The notes under the pieces were generated by a model, which was not told the origin of the DNA, searched no databases, and saw nothing but the letters and a program-made list of their open reading frames with translations. 64,000 nucleotides of DNA. Source: Rhodospirillaceae bacterium. GTDB lineage: Bacteria; Pseudomonadota; Alphaproteobacteria; GCA-2731375. The DNA is taken from positions 10,603 to 74,602 of the forward strand of contig JABJKS010000013.1 in NCBI GenBank assembly GCA_018660265.1, written 5' to 3'. Below are positions 1 to 10,376 of this stretch, piece after piece. A program made the position numbers and the translations under genes. Position 1 is the first letter of the stretch; each line of letters opens with the position of its first letter.

Positions 1-270
1 GATCCTGAATCCGTGGAGTGGGCCGTGGCCACACGCTTTCAGGCGGATCAGGACCTGTTGGTTGTGGCTAACACCCAAGCCTCCAAACTGGATCCAACCA
101 CGACCGACGACGGCGTTGGCGCGAAGATGGGGATCGATGCGACCATACCTTTGGCGGCGGACGACTTCACCTTTACAGTGATCAAGGTGCCGGGCGCCGA
201 CGATGTTGATCTGAATGCAGTGCTTGATGATCCGGGTGCTGCAACGGCAATTATTTCGAGTGACGATTAG
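1..270 (+). CDS. UbiD-family (prFMN) decarboxylase, C-terminal part (runs off window start)
   Basis: VEWAVATRFQADQD...LDP...AKMGIDAT is the typical UbiD C-terminus. Confidence 0.85.
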   Translation, partial: DPESVEWAVATRFQADQDLLVVANTQASKLDPTTTDDGVGAKMGIDATIPLAADDFTFTVIKVPGADDVDLNAVLDDPGAATAIISSDD

Positions 271-282
271 GGGAGCGATAGG

Positions 283-1989
283 ATGAGCGATAACACAACA
301 GTGGGCCACGCCCTGCTGGCCCGGCTGAAAGCTGCGGGCATAGAATATTTTCTGGCCAACGCGGGTACGGATTTCCCTCCCATTATTGAAGCTATAGCCC
401 AAATGAGTGGTGGGGCCGGCGACGATGACGGCCCCACCGCCATGGTCATTCCCCATGAAAACGTCGCTGTTTCCATGGCCCATGGCTATGCCATGGTGGC
501 GCGTAAGCCGTTGGCGGTGATGTTGCATGTGAATGTCGGCACCTCCAACGCCATCTGCGCCCTGACCAACGCCTATCGCACCAATGTGCCCCTGGTCCTG
601 ATGGCCGGGCGGACGCCATGGTCGGAACATGCGCCTTTGTCCGAAGGCACCCGTAGCCGGCACATTCACTGGGCCCAGGAGATGTTCGATCAGGCCGGCA
701 TGCTGCGGGAGTTGGTCAAATGGGACTATGAACTGCGCGCGCCGGCGGAAGTTGATGTGGTTATCGACAGGGCGATTACCATCGCGGAGTCCGATATCCA
801 GGGCCCGGTTTATCTGTCTATCCCGCGGGAGGTTCTGGCGGCCCCGGCGGTGCCGTCGTCCGCCCCGCGCCGGTCGGCACCCACGGGCATCGCCCACCCG
901 GACCCGGATCAAATCGCCCAGGCGGCGGACATTCTCATGGCGGCGGAAAACCCCCTGATCATTACGGCGGATGTGGGCAAGAACCCCACCGCTGCGGGCT
1001 ATCTGGCCGATCTGGCGGAACGTTATGCTATTCCCGTCATCACTCATGTGCCGCGCTATCTTTGCCTGGGCAACGATCATCCCATGCATCTTGATTATGA
1101 GGCCTCGCCCCATCTGGCGAATGCCGATGCGGTGTTGGTGCTGGATTGCGACGTGCCCTGGATCCCGGCGACGGACCCGGTTTTTCCTGACGCAAAAGTC
1201 ATCCATCTGGCCCAGGACCCATTGTTCAGCCGCTATCCTATCCGCAGTTTCCCCTCGAACCTGTCTATTGCCGCCGACAGCGTTGCGGCCTTACCGAAAC
1301 TGGCAGACGCCATGGGGACCATGGATGAAGGCCGTATCGCGGCCCGGCGCGAGAAGGTCGCCCATGCCCGCCAGGAAGTGCGTAACAAATGGCAGGGTAT
1401 CCGGGACAATGCGCGCAAGGCTGATCCCATCCATCCCGCCTGGCTGGCCCAGTCGGTGGGCGAACATCTGGGCGACGATACGGTGCTGGTGAACGAAATG
1501 GGTGTGGTGCCCCAACATGCGGGCATCAACAATCCCGGTCGCTATTTCGGGCCCAGCCCGGCGGGTGGTCTTGGCTGGGGTCTCGGCGCGGCTCTAGGCG
1601 CAAAACTGGCCGCACCTGATGATTTGATCATCGCCACCATCGGCGACGGCTCCTACTTCTTCGGCAATCCCATGGCGGCACACTATTGCGCCCGGGCCTA
1701 TGACCTGCCGATCCTGTTCATCGTCGTCAACAACCATGGCTGGGGTGCCGTGCGCCGGGCCACCAAGGCCATGTACCCGGACGGCAAAGCGTTAACCGGC
1801 AATGACATCCCACTATCCCGCATTGACCCGGCCCCTGATTACGAAATGATCATCGAAGCTTGCGGCGGTTACGGCGAACGGGTGACGGACCCCGATGCCT
1901 TGCCCGATGCCCTGGCCCGTGCCGTGAAGATGGTTCGTGAAGAACGGCGACAGGTCTTGTTGAACGTCGTTGTGTCTGAAGTTGTGTAG
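283..1989 (+). CDS. Thiamine-diphosphate-dependent enzyme (ALS/benzoylformate decarboxylase superfamily)
   Basis: 568 aa; HENVA catalytic Glu region; GDGS...VVNN ThDP/Mg motif. Confidence 0.9.
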   Translation: MSDNTTVGHALLARLKAAGIEYFLANAGTDFPPIIEAIAQMSGGAGDDDGPTAMVIPHENVAVSMAHGYAMVARKPLAVMLHVNVGTSNAICALTNAYRTNVPLVLMAGRTPWSEHAPLSEGTRSRHIHWAQEMFDQAGMLRELVKWDYELRAPAEVDVVIDRAITIAESDIQGPVYLSIPREVLAAPAVPSSAPRRSAPTGIAHPDPDQIAQAADILMAAENPLIITADVGKNPTAAGYLADLAERYAIPVITHVPRYLCLGNDHPMHLDYEASPHLANADAVLVLDCDVPWIPATDPVFPDAKVIHLAQDPLFSRYPIRSFPSNLSIAADSVAALPKLADAMGTMDEGRIAARREKVAHARQEVRNKWQGIRDNARKADPIHPAWLAQSVGEHLGDDTVLVNEMGVVPQHAGINNPGRYFGPSPAGGLGWGLGAALGAKLAAPDDLIIATIGDGSYFFGNPMAAHYCARAYDLPILFIVVNNHGWGAVRRATKAMYPDGKALTGNDIPLSRIDPAPDYEMIIEACGGYGERVTDPDALPDALARAVKMVREERRQVLLNVVVSEVV

Positions 1990-2012
1990 TTTTAACGTGT
2001 TGGAGTTTTAGA

Positions 2013-2780
2013 ATGACAGAAACCGGCAGCGTCCTCCCCTCCATGCGGGTTGATGGCCAGATCGCCCTGGTTACCGGCGCGGGTCGTGGCATTGGCAAGG
2101 GCTGTGCCTTGGCCCTGGCGGAAGCGGGGGCGGAAGTGATCGCCATGGCCCGGACCGCTTCGGAAATCGACGACGTGGTGGCCGAGATCCAGGCCAAGGG
2201 CGGCAAAGCCCGCGCCGTGGTCTGCGATGTCGCTGACCAGGCGGCTATGACGGCTGCCTTCGCTGGTATCGACCGCCTGGATATCCTGGTCAACAACGCG
2301 GGCACCAATGTTCCCGTCGGGTTTCTGAAAGCGGAAGTGGAAACCTTGGATTTGATGATTAATCTGAACATCCGTGCGGCTTTCTTGGTCGCCCAGGCCG
2401 CAGCGCGGATCATGGCCGAACAGGGTGGTGGGGTGATCATTCATCTATCGTCGACCTTTGGCAAAGTTGGCCGTCCCGGTGCCTCGATCTATTCCGGCAC
2501 CAAGCATTTCATCGAAGGGTTGACCAAATCCACCGCTGTAGAGCTGGCGTCCCGCAACATCCGTGTTGTCGCCGTGGGCCCCACGGCCATCGAGACGCCC
2601 ATGCTGGCGGAGCGGTTGAAAGACCCCGCCGTGGCGGAGGATCTGCGGGGAAAAATCCCCCTGGGCCGGTTGGGAAAGATCGAAGATGTGCTTGGCGCGG
2701 TGGTCTTTCTGGCCTCACCCGCCGCAGCCCTGATTACCGGCACGACCATCATGGTCGATGGCGGTTGGACGGCACCGTAG
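2013..2780 (+). CDS. SDR family NAD(P)-dependent oxidoreductase
   Basis: TGAGRGIG, NNAG and YSGTK (YxxxK) motifs. Confidence 0.92.
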   Translation: MTETGSVLPSMRVDGQIALVTGAGRGIGKGCALALAEAGAEVIAMARTASEIDDVVAEIQAKGGKARAVVCDVADQAAMTAAFAGIDRLDILVNNAGTNVPVGFLKAEVETLDLMINLNIRAAFLVAQAAARIMAEQGGGVIIHLSSTFGKVGRPGASIYSGTKHFIEGLTKSTAVELASRNIRVVAVGPTAIETPMLAERLKDPAVAEDLRGKIPLGRLGKIEDVLGAVVFLASPAAALITGTTIMVDGGWTAP

Positions 2781-2784
2781 AACC

Positions 2785-3981
2785 ATGCCCGATCGCATAT
2801 TAATAGCCGGGGCAGGGCCGGCAGGATTAAGCGCCGCGGCCTATCTGACGAGCAAGGGCATTCCCGTCACCGTGTTTGAGGCAGAGGCGCAATTGCCTGA
2901 AAACCTTCGGGCCTCCACCTTTCACCCGCCGACCCTGGATATGCTGGCGCCCTTTGGGGCCACGCAAGGCCTGATCGACCAGGGGTTGGTGGCACCGAAG
3001 TTTCAGTTCCGTGACCGGGTACAGGGCTGTCTGGCGGAGTTTGATTTTGCCGTACTGGCGGATGACACGGAACATCCCTATAGGGTGCAGTGTGAACAGT
3101 TCAAGCTGAACCATCTGCTGTACAATTGGTTGCAGACCCAGGGTGGCGCGGACGTCCGGTTTAATCATGCCATAACCGGTGTGCGTCAGGGCGATGCAGG
3201 GGTAACGGCGATCATCGATACCCCGGATGGGGAACAGAACTTTCAGGGACGATGGTTGATCGGTGCCGAGGGCGCCAACAGCATTGTTAGGCAGACTTTG
3301 GACATTCCGTTCGAGGGCTTTACCTGGGACGAGCGCTTCTTGGTCGTCTCCACCCCGTTTGATTTTGCCACCGCCCTGCCTGATATGTCTCGGGTGAATT
3401 ATTTTCCCGATCCCGAGCAATGGTTCTTTCTGTTGCAGGTGCCAGGTCTGTGGCGGGCTATGTTCCCAACCAGGTCGGAGGAGACGGAGGAAGAAATATT
3501 CGACCCGGACCGGATTGAAACCCGCATGCAATGGGCCCATGCCAATGATCTTCCCTACGAATGCATGCACACCACATTGTATCGGGTGCATCAGCGCGTG
3601 GCGGAGCAATACCGAAAGGGCCGGATTTTCATTGCCGGCGATGCGGCCCACATCAACAATCCACTGGGCGGCATGGGCATGAACGGCGGCATCCACGATG
3701 CCTTTAACCTGGCTGCGAAGATGGCCGATGTATGGCATGGTGAGGCTGACGAGGCGCTGCTGGCGCTTTATGAAAAACAGCGCCGCCCCATTGCCTTGGA
3801 GTATGTCAATAATCAGACCATCCGTAACAAACAGAACCTGGAAGCCGCCACGCCGGAGGCGCAGAAAGCCTTTCGCGACAGCCTGGATGATGCGCTTTCA
3901 AGCCGCGAGAAGACCCGCGACTATCTGTTGCGTACATCCATGATCGCCAGCCTGCGCGCTGCCGCCCAGGTAACGGAGTAG
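2785..3981 (+). CDS. FAD-dependent monooxygenase (MhpA/PHBH-like, group A)
   Basis: GAGPAG, GAEGANS and AGDAAHINNPLGGMGMNGG motifs; ATG 2785 chosen, 4 nt after the SDR stop. Confidence 0.88.
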   Translation: MPDRILIAGAGPAGLSAAAYLTSKGIPVTVFEAEAQLPENLRASTFHPPTLDMLAPFGATQGLIDQGLVAPKFQFRDRVQGCLAEFDFAVLADDTEHPYRVQCEQFKLNHLLYNWLQTQGGADVRFNHAITGVRQGDAGVTAIIDTPDGEQNFQGRWLIGAEGANSIVRQTLDIPFEGFTWDERFLVVSTPFDFATALPDMSRVNYFPDPEQWFFLLQVPGLWRAMFPTRSEETEEEIFDPDRIETRMQWAHANDLPYECMHTTLYRVHQRVAEQYRKGRIFIAGDAAHINNPLGGMGMNGGIHDAFNLAAKMADVWHGEADEALLALYEKQRRPIALEYVNNQTIRNKQNLEAATPEAQKAFRDSLDDALSSREKTRDYLLRTSMIASLRAAAQVTE

Positions 3982-3991
3982 GAGGAAGGTT

Positions 3992-4819
3992 TTGCCAGTT
4001 GCCGCAGCAATCGACGAATTTCTACGCGGTGAACTATCCGTCCAGGAGGCACCTGACGAGGGGGCCTGGCACAAGGCCTGGCATGATCTTGGTCTGCATA
4101 CTCTGCCGCCGTTGGAAAGCGCCCTGCGCGGCGGCATAGGCGCTGATCGGTTGAGCTGGGCGTTCGTCGCCGGTTATCAAGGCGCGATCCGCTATGTCTT
4201 TCCCTCTGTGCCGCACCAGGGCTGGGCAGCTTACGCTGCGACCGAGGATAAATCCAAGCCCGCCACAGCTTTGACAACCCAGGGCGATGGATTTCTCTTA
4301 AACGGCCACAAATCCTGGGTCGGACAATCCCGGCACCTGGATCACCTGCTGGTCACGGCTGGCGATCAATGCGTCCTGGTCCCGGCCCAGGCATCCGGTG
4401 TGCATCTTAGTCATCGGGAAAATTCAAAATTCCTGAATGCCATGAGCCAGGGTTATGGCGACTTCGAAGCCGTCGAGGTTGCGGCGGGGGCTGTGTTTGA
4501 TAGCGATCACATGCGTGAATTTGGCCGGCGGGAGCCGCGTTTTGTCATGCTGGCGGGCACTGGGTATTTGCTGGCCCACCTAAAGGGCGCTGATCAAACC
4601 CTGGAACAGGATCTGATCAGCCTTGCCCTGGCATTGGCAATGGTCTGTGAGAGCCAGCATGTGGTGCCAAAGACTTTGGCAGCCTTGGACCGGGCTCTAC
4701 AAACCGCTGTTGCGCGTTTCGCAAATGCCGTTGATTGCAACGCCCTGCCGGACTGGCAGGCAGACCATCGCCTATTGTCCATGTATTCCGCCCGCATTCA
4801 GGAACGTGCCGCGCGTTAG
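3992..4819 (+). CDS. Short acyl-CoA dehydrogenase-like protein
   Basis: AATE...LNGHKSWV resembles the ACAD middle domain; TTG start after a GGAGG RBS; only 275 aa. Confidence 0.6.
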   Translation: MPVAAAIDEFLRGELSVQEAPDEGAWHKAWHDLGLHTLPPLESALRGGIGADRLSWAFVAGYQGAIRYVFPSVPHQGWAAYAATEDKSKPATALTTQGDGFLLNGHKSWVGQSRHLDHLLVTAGDQCVLVPAQASGVHLSHRENSKFLNAMSQGYGDFEAVEVAAGAVFDSDHMREFGRREPRFVMLAGTGYLLAHLKGADQTLEQDLISLALALAMVCESQHVVPKTLAALDRALQTAVARFANAVDCNALPDWQADHRLLSMYSARIQERAAR

Positions 4820-4823
4820 AGAT

Positions 4824-5855
4824 TTATTTCCCCAGGCGCTCAGCCTCTTCATTCATGACCACGGCAACCCGGCCTTTCGAGAGGCGGCCCAGAACCACGG
4901 CCATGGCGTCCTGGAAGTCAGCCAGGGCAAATACGTCAGAGACCCGGGGGTTCAATTTACCTTCTTCGAACCAGGCAAACAGCTGGGCCAGCAGGGCCTG
5001 CATGCGGGGGCCGTATTCGTGACGCACGTCATCGGGGCTCCAGCCGAAGTAATAGCCCATGTTCAGACCGACGACGGAGATGTTCTTGACCAGCAACAGA
5101 TTGGCGGGGATCTGCTGAATAGTGCCGCCGGCAAAGCCCACGGGCATGATCCGCCCCTCAGGTGCGATACAGCGTAGGGATTGCTCGAACACTTCGCCAC
5201 CCACCGGGTCATAGATGGCGTTGGCGCCCCGGCCGCCCGTGATCTCCAGCACTTTTTCGCGGAACGGACCTTCACGGTAGTTGATCACGTGATCGGCACC
5301 ATGCTCCTTGGCGATGGCGATCTTTTCATCGGAACCAACCGTGGCGATGACCGTTGCGCCCAGGATCTTGCCGATCTCTATTGCTGCAATACCAACGCCA
5401 CCCGCGCCGCCGTGCACCAATAAAGTCTCGCCGGCCTTTACATTCAACAGGTGATCCCATGTCAACGCGGCGCAGGACGTGGAATAGGAATTGGTGAAAC
5501 AAATGGCGCGATAGAATTCCAGGCTGTCGGGTATTGGGAAGGTATTGACCTCAAACGCCACGGTTTCATTGGCCAGGCCGCCCCAGTCCAGGACGGATGC
5601 CACCCGGTCGCCAACCTTCAGGCGCTCAACCTCCGGCGTGATTTCGGTGACAATGCCAACTGCTTCCGTACCGGGCACAAACGGCAGCGGCGGTTTGCGT
5701 TGATAGCGCCCGGCGACCATCAGGGAGGTGGCGAAGCTGACGCCGGCTGCCTGGGTTTTGATGCGGACCTGTCCCGGTGCTAACTCCGGTACGGGACAAT
5801 CCTGGACCTTTAGATTCTGAAATTCGGTATATTCTGCAACCAGGACACCACGCAT
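4824..5855 (-). CDS. NADPH:quinone oxidoreductase family (zinc-independent MDR)
   Basis: PPLPFVPGTE and HGGAGGVG motifs; likely start ATG 5855 (MRGVLV). Confidence 0.9.
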   Translation of the reverse strand: MRGVLVAEYTEFQNLKVQDCPVPELAPGQVRIKTQAAGVSFATSLMVAGRYQRKPPLPFVPGTEAVGIVTEITPEVERLKVGDRVASVLDWGGLANETVAFEVNTFPIPDSLEFYRAICFTNSYSTSCAALTWDHLLNVKAGETLLVHGGAGGVGIAAIEIGKILGATVIATVGSDEKIAIAKEHGADHVINYREGPFREKVLEITGGRGANAIYDPVGGEVFEQSLRCIAPEGRIMPVGFAGGTIQQIPANLLLVKNISVVGLNMGYYFGWSPDDVRHEYGPRMQALLAQLFAWFEEGKLNPRVSDVFALADFQDAMAVVLGRLSKGRVAVVMNEEAERLGK

Positions 5856-5940
5856 GGCAAACTCCCCCATTTTACGGTTTATCATTTTGACTAGTCCGCA
5901 TAATCTTAGAGCCAGATTCAAAGATGGAAAGAAAAGACTT

Positions 5941-7002
5941 ATGAGCAGCGAAAAAATTCGTGTCGGCGTAATTGGCGCAGGCGGCAATACGACGAAACTC
6001 CACATTCCCGGCCTGCAGGCCCAGGAAGGGGTGGAGATCGTCACCGTCGTCAATCGCACCGCCGCATCCTCACAGCGGGTTGCGGATGAATTCGGTATCC
6101 CAAATATTTCCCCTGACTGGCAGGCGGTTATTGAGGACCCCGATATCGACGCGGTTTGCATCGGTACTTGGCCCTATATGCACGCGCCCATGACCATCTC
6201 CGCCTTGGTGGAGGAAAAACACGTATTGTGCGAGGCACGCATGGCCCTGAATGCAGATGAAGGCCATGCCATGCTGGATGCCGCCCGGCAATCCCCCCGC
6301 TGTGTGGCGCAAATCGTGCCCGCGCCCCATACCTTGGCCTTTGACCAGACCATTATCGATATGATCGCGGATGGTTATATTGGCGAGCTGATCACCCTGG
6401 ATGCCCGGATCGCGGCGGGCAGTAATTTTCCCAACCCCAATTCGCCGACCCATTGGCGTCAGGACCGGGACCTGTCGGGCAACAATATCATGTCCATGGG
6501 CATCTGGTATGAAGCCATGATGCGTTGGGTTGGCCCCATGGCGAATGTCTTTGCCAGCGGCCAGGCCGTTGTCAATCACCGGGTCAATGAGGCCGGACAC
6601 CGGGTTGCCATGACCATCCCCGACCATGTGGATATCATGGGAAAAATGGAACAGGGCGGGCAGATCCGTTTCAATGTCTCAACCGTCATTGGCCATGTGC
6701 CAGCGACTGTTGATGTGTGCATTTTCGGAACCGAAGGCACCTTGCGTCTGTATATGGCAGGGTCCGACCCAATGGCCTTGTTCGCGGGCAAGCGCGGTGA
6801 TGCGGGCCTGTCGGAAGTAGCCATCGACCCGGCCAAAAAAGGCGGCTGGCGGGTGGAGGAAGAATTCATCAACGCCATTCGTGGGGTTGAGGACATCACC
6901 CACACGGACCTGACGACGGCGGTGAAATACATGGAATGGACCGACGCGGTGACAATGTCGTTGCGTACGGGGCAATCGGTCACGCTGCCGCTAATGGGAT
7001 GA
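5941..7002 (+). CDS. Gfo/Idh/MocA family oxidoreductase
   Basis: VGVIGAGG Rossmann motif and KHVLCEAR (EKP-equivalent); start ATG 5941. Confidence 0.88.
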   Translation: MSSEKIRVGVIGAGGNTTKLHIPGLQAQEGVEIVTVVNRTAASSQRVADEFGIPNISPDWQAVIEDPDIDAVCIGTWPYMHAPMTISALVEEKHVLCEARMALNADEGHAMLDAARQSPRCVAQIVPAPHTLAFDQTIIDMIADGYIGELITLDARIAAGSNFPNPNSPTHWRQDRDLSGNNIMSMGIWYEAMMRWVGPMANVFASGQAVVNHRVNEAGHRVAMTIPDHVDIMGKMEQGGQIRFNVSTVIGHVPATVDVCIFGTEGTLRLYMAGSDPMALFAGKRGDAGLSEVAIDPAKKGGWRVEEEFINAIRGVEDITHTDLTTAVKYMEWTDAVTMSLRTGQSVTLPLMG

Positions 7003-7026
7003 TGATGGGATAATGCGTCCCGGCCT

Positions 7027-7476
7027 CTATTCGAAGTTCAGGCAACACATGATCACATCAACCGTATTGCCGTCCGATGACATTGGTAGGGTCAGGACGC
7101 TATAGCGTTTGTAGTCTTTCGGTGACCAGGTCATTGGCTGGTTGGTATAAAAGCTGGGCTTGCCGCTTTTGACGGCCGCACCGGCACGCGCTATCGCCTC
7201 TTCGGTACCCGTTGTTTCGTCATAATAATCGCCCGTGGCGTCAAGGCCGCGGGCCTCTGTGATGGCGGTGCCCACCAGTCGCGCCCGATAGCGTACGGGA
7301 TCCTGCTCCACGTCGACCAACACGAGGTGTTGCAGGCTGGTAGGGAAGTCAAGAGGTTCGAAATCGGCCCGGGACGGCAATGTATCTCGTTCGCTAAAGG
7401 TGGTGAACCAGGCATACAGACTGCGATGGCTATCGCTGATTAAATCCTCAATCGTAAAATCGACATTGCCTGCCAT
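7027..7476 (-). CDS. Stand-alone PAS-domain protein (PAS_5-like)
   Basis: LPSRADFEP...YRARLVGT...LPMSSDG pattern. Confidence 0.75.
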   Translation of the reverse strand: MAGNVDFTIEDLISDSHRSLYAWFTTFSERDTLPSRADFEPLDFPTSLQHLVLVDVEQDPVRYRARLVGTAITEARGLDATGDYYDETTGTEEAIARAGAAVKSGKPSFYTNQPMTWSPKDYKRYSVLTLPMSSDGNTVDVIMCCLNFE

Positions 7477-7489
7477 GCCCAGCTCCCCG

Positions 7490-8521
7490 TCAGGACGCCG
7501 GCCAATATTCAGATAAACCGACCGCCAACCAATGGCATAATACGCCGTTGACCTCCACTGGTTTTTCCTGCGCCATCCAATGGCCGCTGTCGACGACGGC
7601 TGTCGTCAGGTCTTTGCACAAACCCGCCATGGGCTTTGGCAAATCGGATGTGATGGATTCACATGTGTAGTCATAGCGCGCGGCGATAAATAACGCAGGC
7701 ATCTCCAGGATGCCGCCCCCCTGGGCGGTTTCAGCATAGGCGGCGTTGCGTTCGTGGTTCATGTAATAGGAATCAGCGCCAAAAAATCCGGTCCGTTCCA
7801 TCGCGGCCGCATAGGTGGATAGATCCGTCGCGCTCACCACCGCATCGTCGCGGGGGACATCGGGGGCAACATTGTCCGGTCCGAACCAACCCCCATTCTG
7901 GCGAACAAAGGCGGTGCGTGATGGTTTGCCCCGACCGCTGGGATCGCCGCGTCGGAACAGTGCCTTGGCGGTGTTGTAGGGATTGGCTTCGAACCCGGCG
8001 GTGGCATGGGAGAAGTTTTCTTCATAAAAGCGCATGTACTCCCACTGTCCGGCCGGGAATTCATCTTCGGGATAGACGGATCGATCAACCAGATCGATCA
8101 TTCCGTCCAAGCCCCGCTCCAACGGGCCATAGGGTACGCACAGGCTGGCGACCGCCCTGACCCGATCAGGGTGATGCGAGGCGATATTCCAAACAACAGG
8201 GCTGCCCCAATCATGGCCGATCCAGACCGCTTGTTCCCGGCCAAGCGCATCAAGCAGTTCGATCATATCGGCAACGATCTCAACCTGGGCATAGTCTTCA
8301 TGACGGCCCGGCACGGATGAGCGGCCATAGCCGCGCATGTCAGGTGCCACACAGCGAAAGCCCAGGGCAGCAAAGCTAGGTAATTGATGACGCCAACTAA
8401 TCGACAACTCCGGCCAGCCGTGAACAAAAATCAATAACGGCCCGTCCTCGGGCCCAGCGGCGAGGTAGAACGTTGTGTGGCGTTCGTTCTTGACCACATG
8501 TTCGGTGATTGCGCTGTCCAT
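7490..8521 (-). CDS. Alpha/beta hydrolase, epoxide hydrolase type
   Basis: HGWPE oxyanion motif, GHDWG Asp nucleophile, C-terminal SGHW. Confidence 0.88.
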   Translation of the reverse strand: MDSAITEHVVKNERHTTFYLAAGPEDGPLLIFVHGWPELSISWRHQLPSFAALGFRCVAPDMRGYGRSSVPGRHEDYAQVEIVADMIELLDALGREQAVWIGHDWGSPVVWNIASHHPDRVRAVASLCVPYGPLERGLDGMIDLVDRSVYPEDEFPAGQWEYMRFYEENFSHATAGFEANPYNTAKALFRRGDPSGRGKPSRTAFVRQNGGWFGPDNVAPDVPRDDAVVSATDLSTYAAAMERTGFFGADSYYMNHERNAAYAETAQGGGILEMPALFIAARYDYTCESITSDLPKPMAGLCKDLTTAVVDSGHWMAQEKPVEVNGVLCHWLAVGLSEYWPAS

Positions 8522-8535
8522 TCGCGTCTCCAATC

Positions 8536-9576
8536 CTATAAAGCGTCTCGAACTTTTGGGAATACCTCTTCCGCCATGAGCTGGAATGTATCCAGTACCT
8601 GGCCCTGGGGCATGCCAACGCCTTGCACACTCATGATAATGTGGTTCACGCCAAGGGCGTTGTGATAACGCAACATCTCCGCTGCCACTTCATCCGGGTC
8701 GCCGACGATAAAGCGGTCCCGGGCCAGGTCTTCATAGTCCATGGCGATATCCTGATCGCCCTTTGCCATTGCCTTGTCCTGACCCCAGGTTTTGTACAAG
8801 TCGTATTGTTTCTTTATGTACGGCGCAGCGATCTTGATCGCCTCATCATGGCTACGGGCACAGAAAACTTCCCGGCGCATGGGGAACTCGTCCGGGAACG
8901 GTTTGCCCAGGCGATCCAACTCGCCGCGATAAATCTCCATCTGACGCACGAAGGTTTCAAGTTTCTGGTGCGGGTTCAGGTACCAACAATCCCCCAGACG
9001 CGCCGCCCGGCGAATGGCGTTGTCCGCATTGGCACCAATCCAAATCGGCGGATGTGGCCTTTGCACCAGTGGCAGGGAGACCACGGCCTCGTCCAGTTCG
9101 AAGTGGGAGCCGGTCATGCTGACGCGTTCCTCTGTCCACAGGCGTTTTACGGCCTCCAGATTTTCCTCGAACCTCGCGACGCCTTCGCCTTTCTTGACGC
9201 CGAAGCCTTTGTATTCCACATCCCGATAGCCCAGGGCGCAGCCGAAAATAATCCGGCCACCGGACATGACGTCCATGGCGGCGAAATTTTCCGCTACCTC
9301 CAACGGGTTATGCAGCGAGAGCAGGACAATGCCCGCATTCAGGCGCAGGTTCGGTGCCTCCGCCATGACCCGGCAAAGGTAAGGTACCTGCATGAATTCC
9401 CGATGCGGATAGGTGGAGAAATGGGAGCCCGTGGTGATGCTGTCATAACCCAATTTATCCAGCACCTGGGCCTGTTCCATCAATTCGGAAAAATGCGCCC
9501 CCATATCATCGTCCCACTCAAACACGCCCCGTTGCATCACGCCGAACTGCATGGTCGGATCTGATGTGGACGCCAT
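8536..9576 (-). CDS. LLM-class flavin-dependent oxidoreductase
   Basis: GYDSITTGSH, AENFAAMDVMSGGR, PPIWIG and RRAARLGD motifs. Confidence 0.88.
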   Translation of the reverse strand: MASTSDPTMQFGVMQRGVFEWDDDMGAHFSELMEQAQVLDKLGYDSITTGSHFSTYPHREFMQVPYLCRVMAEAPNLRLNAGIVLLSLHNPLEVAENFAAMDVMSGGRIIFGCALGYRDVEYKGFGVKKGEGVARFEENLEAVKRLWTEERVSMTGSHFELDEAVVSLPLVQRPHPPIWIGANADNAIRRAARLGDCWYLNPHQKLETFVRQMEIYRGELDRLGKPFPDEFPMRREVFCARSHDEAIKIAAPYIKKQYDLYKTWGQDKAMAKGDQDIAMDYEDLARDRFIVGDPDEVAAEMLRYHNALGVNHIIMSVQGVGMPQGQVLDTFQLMAEEVFPKVRDAL

Positions 9577-9577
9577 A

Positions 9578-10363
9578 TTAGTTGCCCTTGAAGGTTGGCG
9601 GCTCCTTCGCCAGATAGGCGGACACGGCAATGGCTGCGTCCTCCGTCTCGCGGTTCAACAAATGCTGGTCCACATCCATGTGCATGACGGAACGGTCCAA
9701 GGCGGACGATATGGCATTCACACTGCGCTTGATCATTTGCGCTGCGACGGGCGCTTGCGATGCATAAAGGCGGGCCCATTCCATGGCCTTGTCCATAACC
9801 TCATCCGCCTCCACCATTTCGTCCAGGGCACCCCATTCCAATAATGTCGGGCCGTGAATATGTTCGCCGGAGATGACCAACCGTTTGGCCCGCGCCGGTC
9901 CCACCAACTGCACGCACAGGGGCAGGCTCTGCCACATCAAATTGACGCCGATCAGAACTTCCGGATAGGACATAAAGCAATCCCGTGCACCGATACGGAA
10001 GTCTACGGCGGTGGCGATGCAGGCCCCGCCGCCCATGGCGGCTCCCTTCCAGGCCGCGATGGTGATCTGATCCATTTCACGAATGGCGTGGATGCAGCGC
10101 TCACCAATACGACGCTGCCGTCGGCGCATGGTCAGCAAGGGATGGGGCGGCTCGTTTCCCGTCAGATCAGCGCCGGAATTGAAATGCTTGCCCGCGCCGG
10201 TGAAGACCACCACGCGGGCGTTCTCATCATCGCGAAAGCTTAACGCCGCATGCTCAATCTCCTGAATATGCCGATCATTCAAGGCATTGGCCTTTTCCGG
10301 CCGATTGAAGGTGATCGTCGCGATCTCACCGCCACGCTCCACCTTAATATGTTGGTAGTCCAT
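9578..10363 (-). CDS. Enoyl-CoA hydratase/isomerase family
   Basis: ITFNRPEKANAL, FNSGADL, AMGGG, PEV; start ATG 10363. Confidence 0.9.
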   Translation of the reverse strand: MDYQHIKVERGGEIATITFNRPEKANALNDRHIQEIEHAALSFRDDENARVVVFTGAGKHFNSGADLTGNEPPHPLLTMRRRQRRIGERCIHAIREMDQITIAAWKGAAMGGGACIATAVDFRIGARDCFMSYPEVLIGVNLMWQSLPLCVQLVGPARAKRLVISGEHIHGPTLLEWGALDEMVEADEVMDKAMEWARLYASQAPVAAQMIKRSVNAISSALDRSVMHMDVDQHLLNRETEDAAIAVSAYLAKEPPTFKGN

Positions 10364-10376
10364 GAAATGTCCTTTG

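Noticed and set aside
5856-6161. N-terminal extensions in the ORF track (4824..6161, 45093..46718, 19068..19940, 55744..56370, 51995..53272)
   Set aside because: They overlap neighbouring genes or lack family similarity; downstream starts fit the family N-termini.
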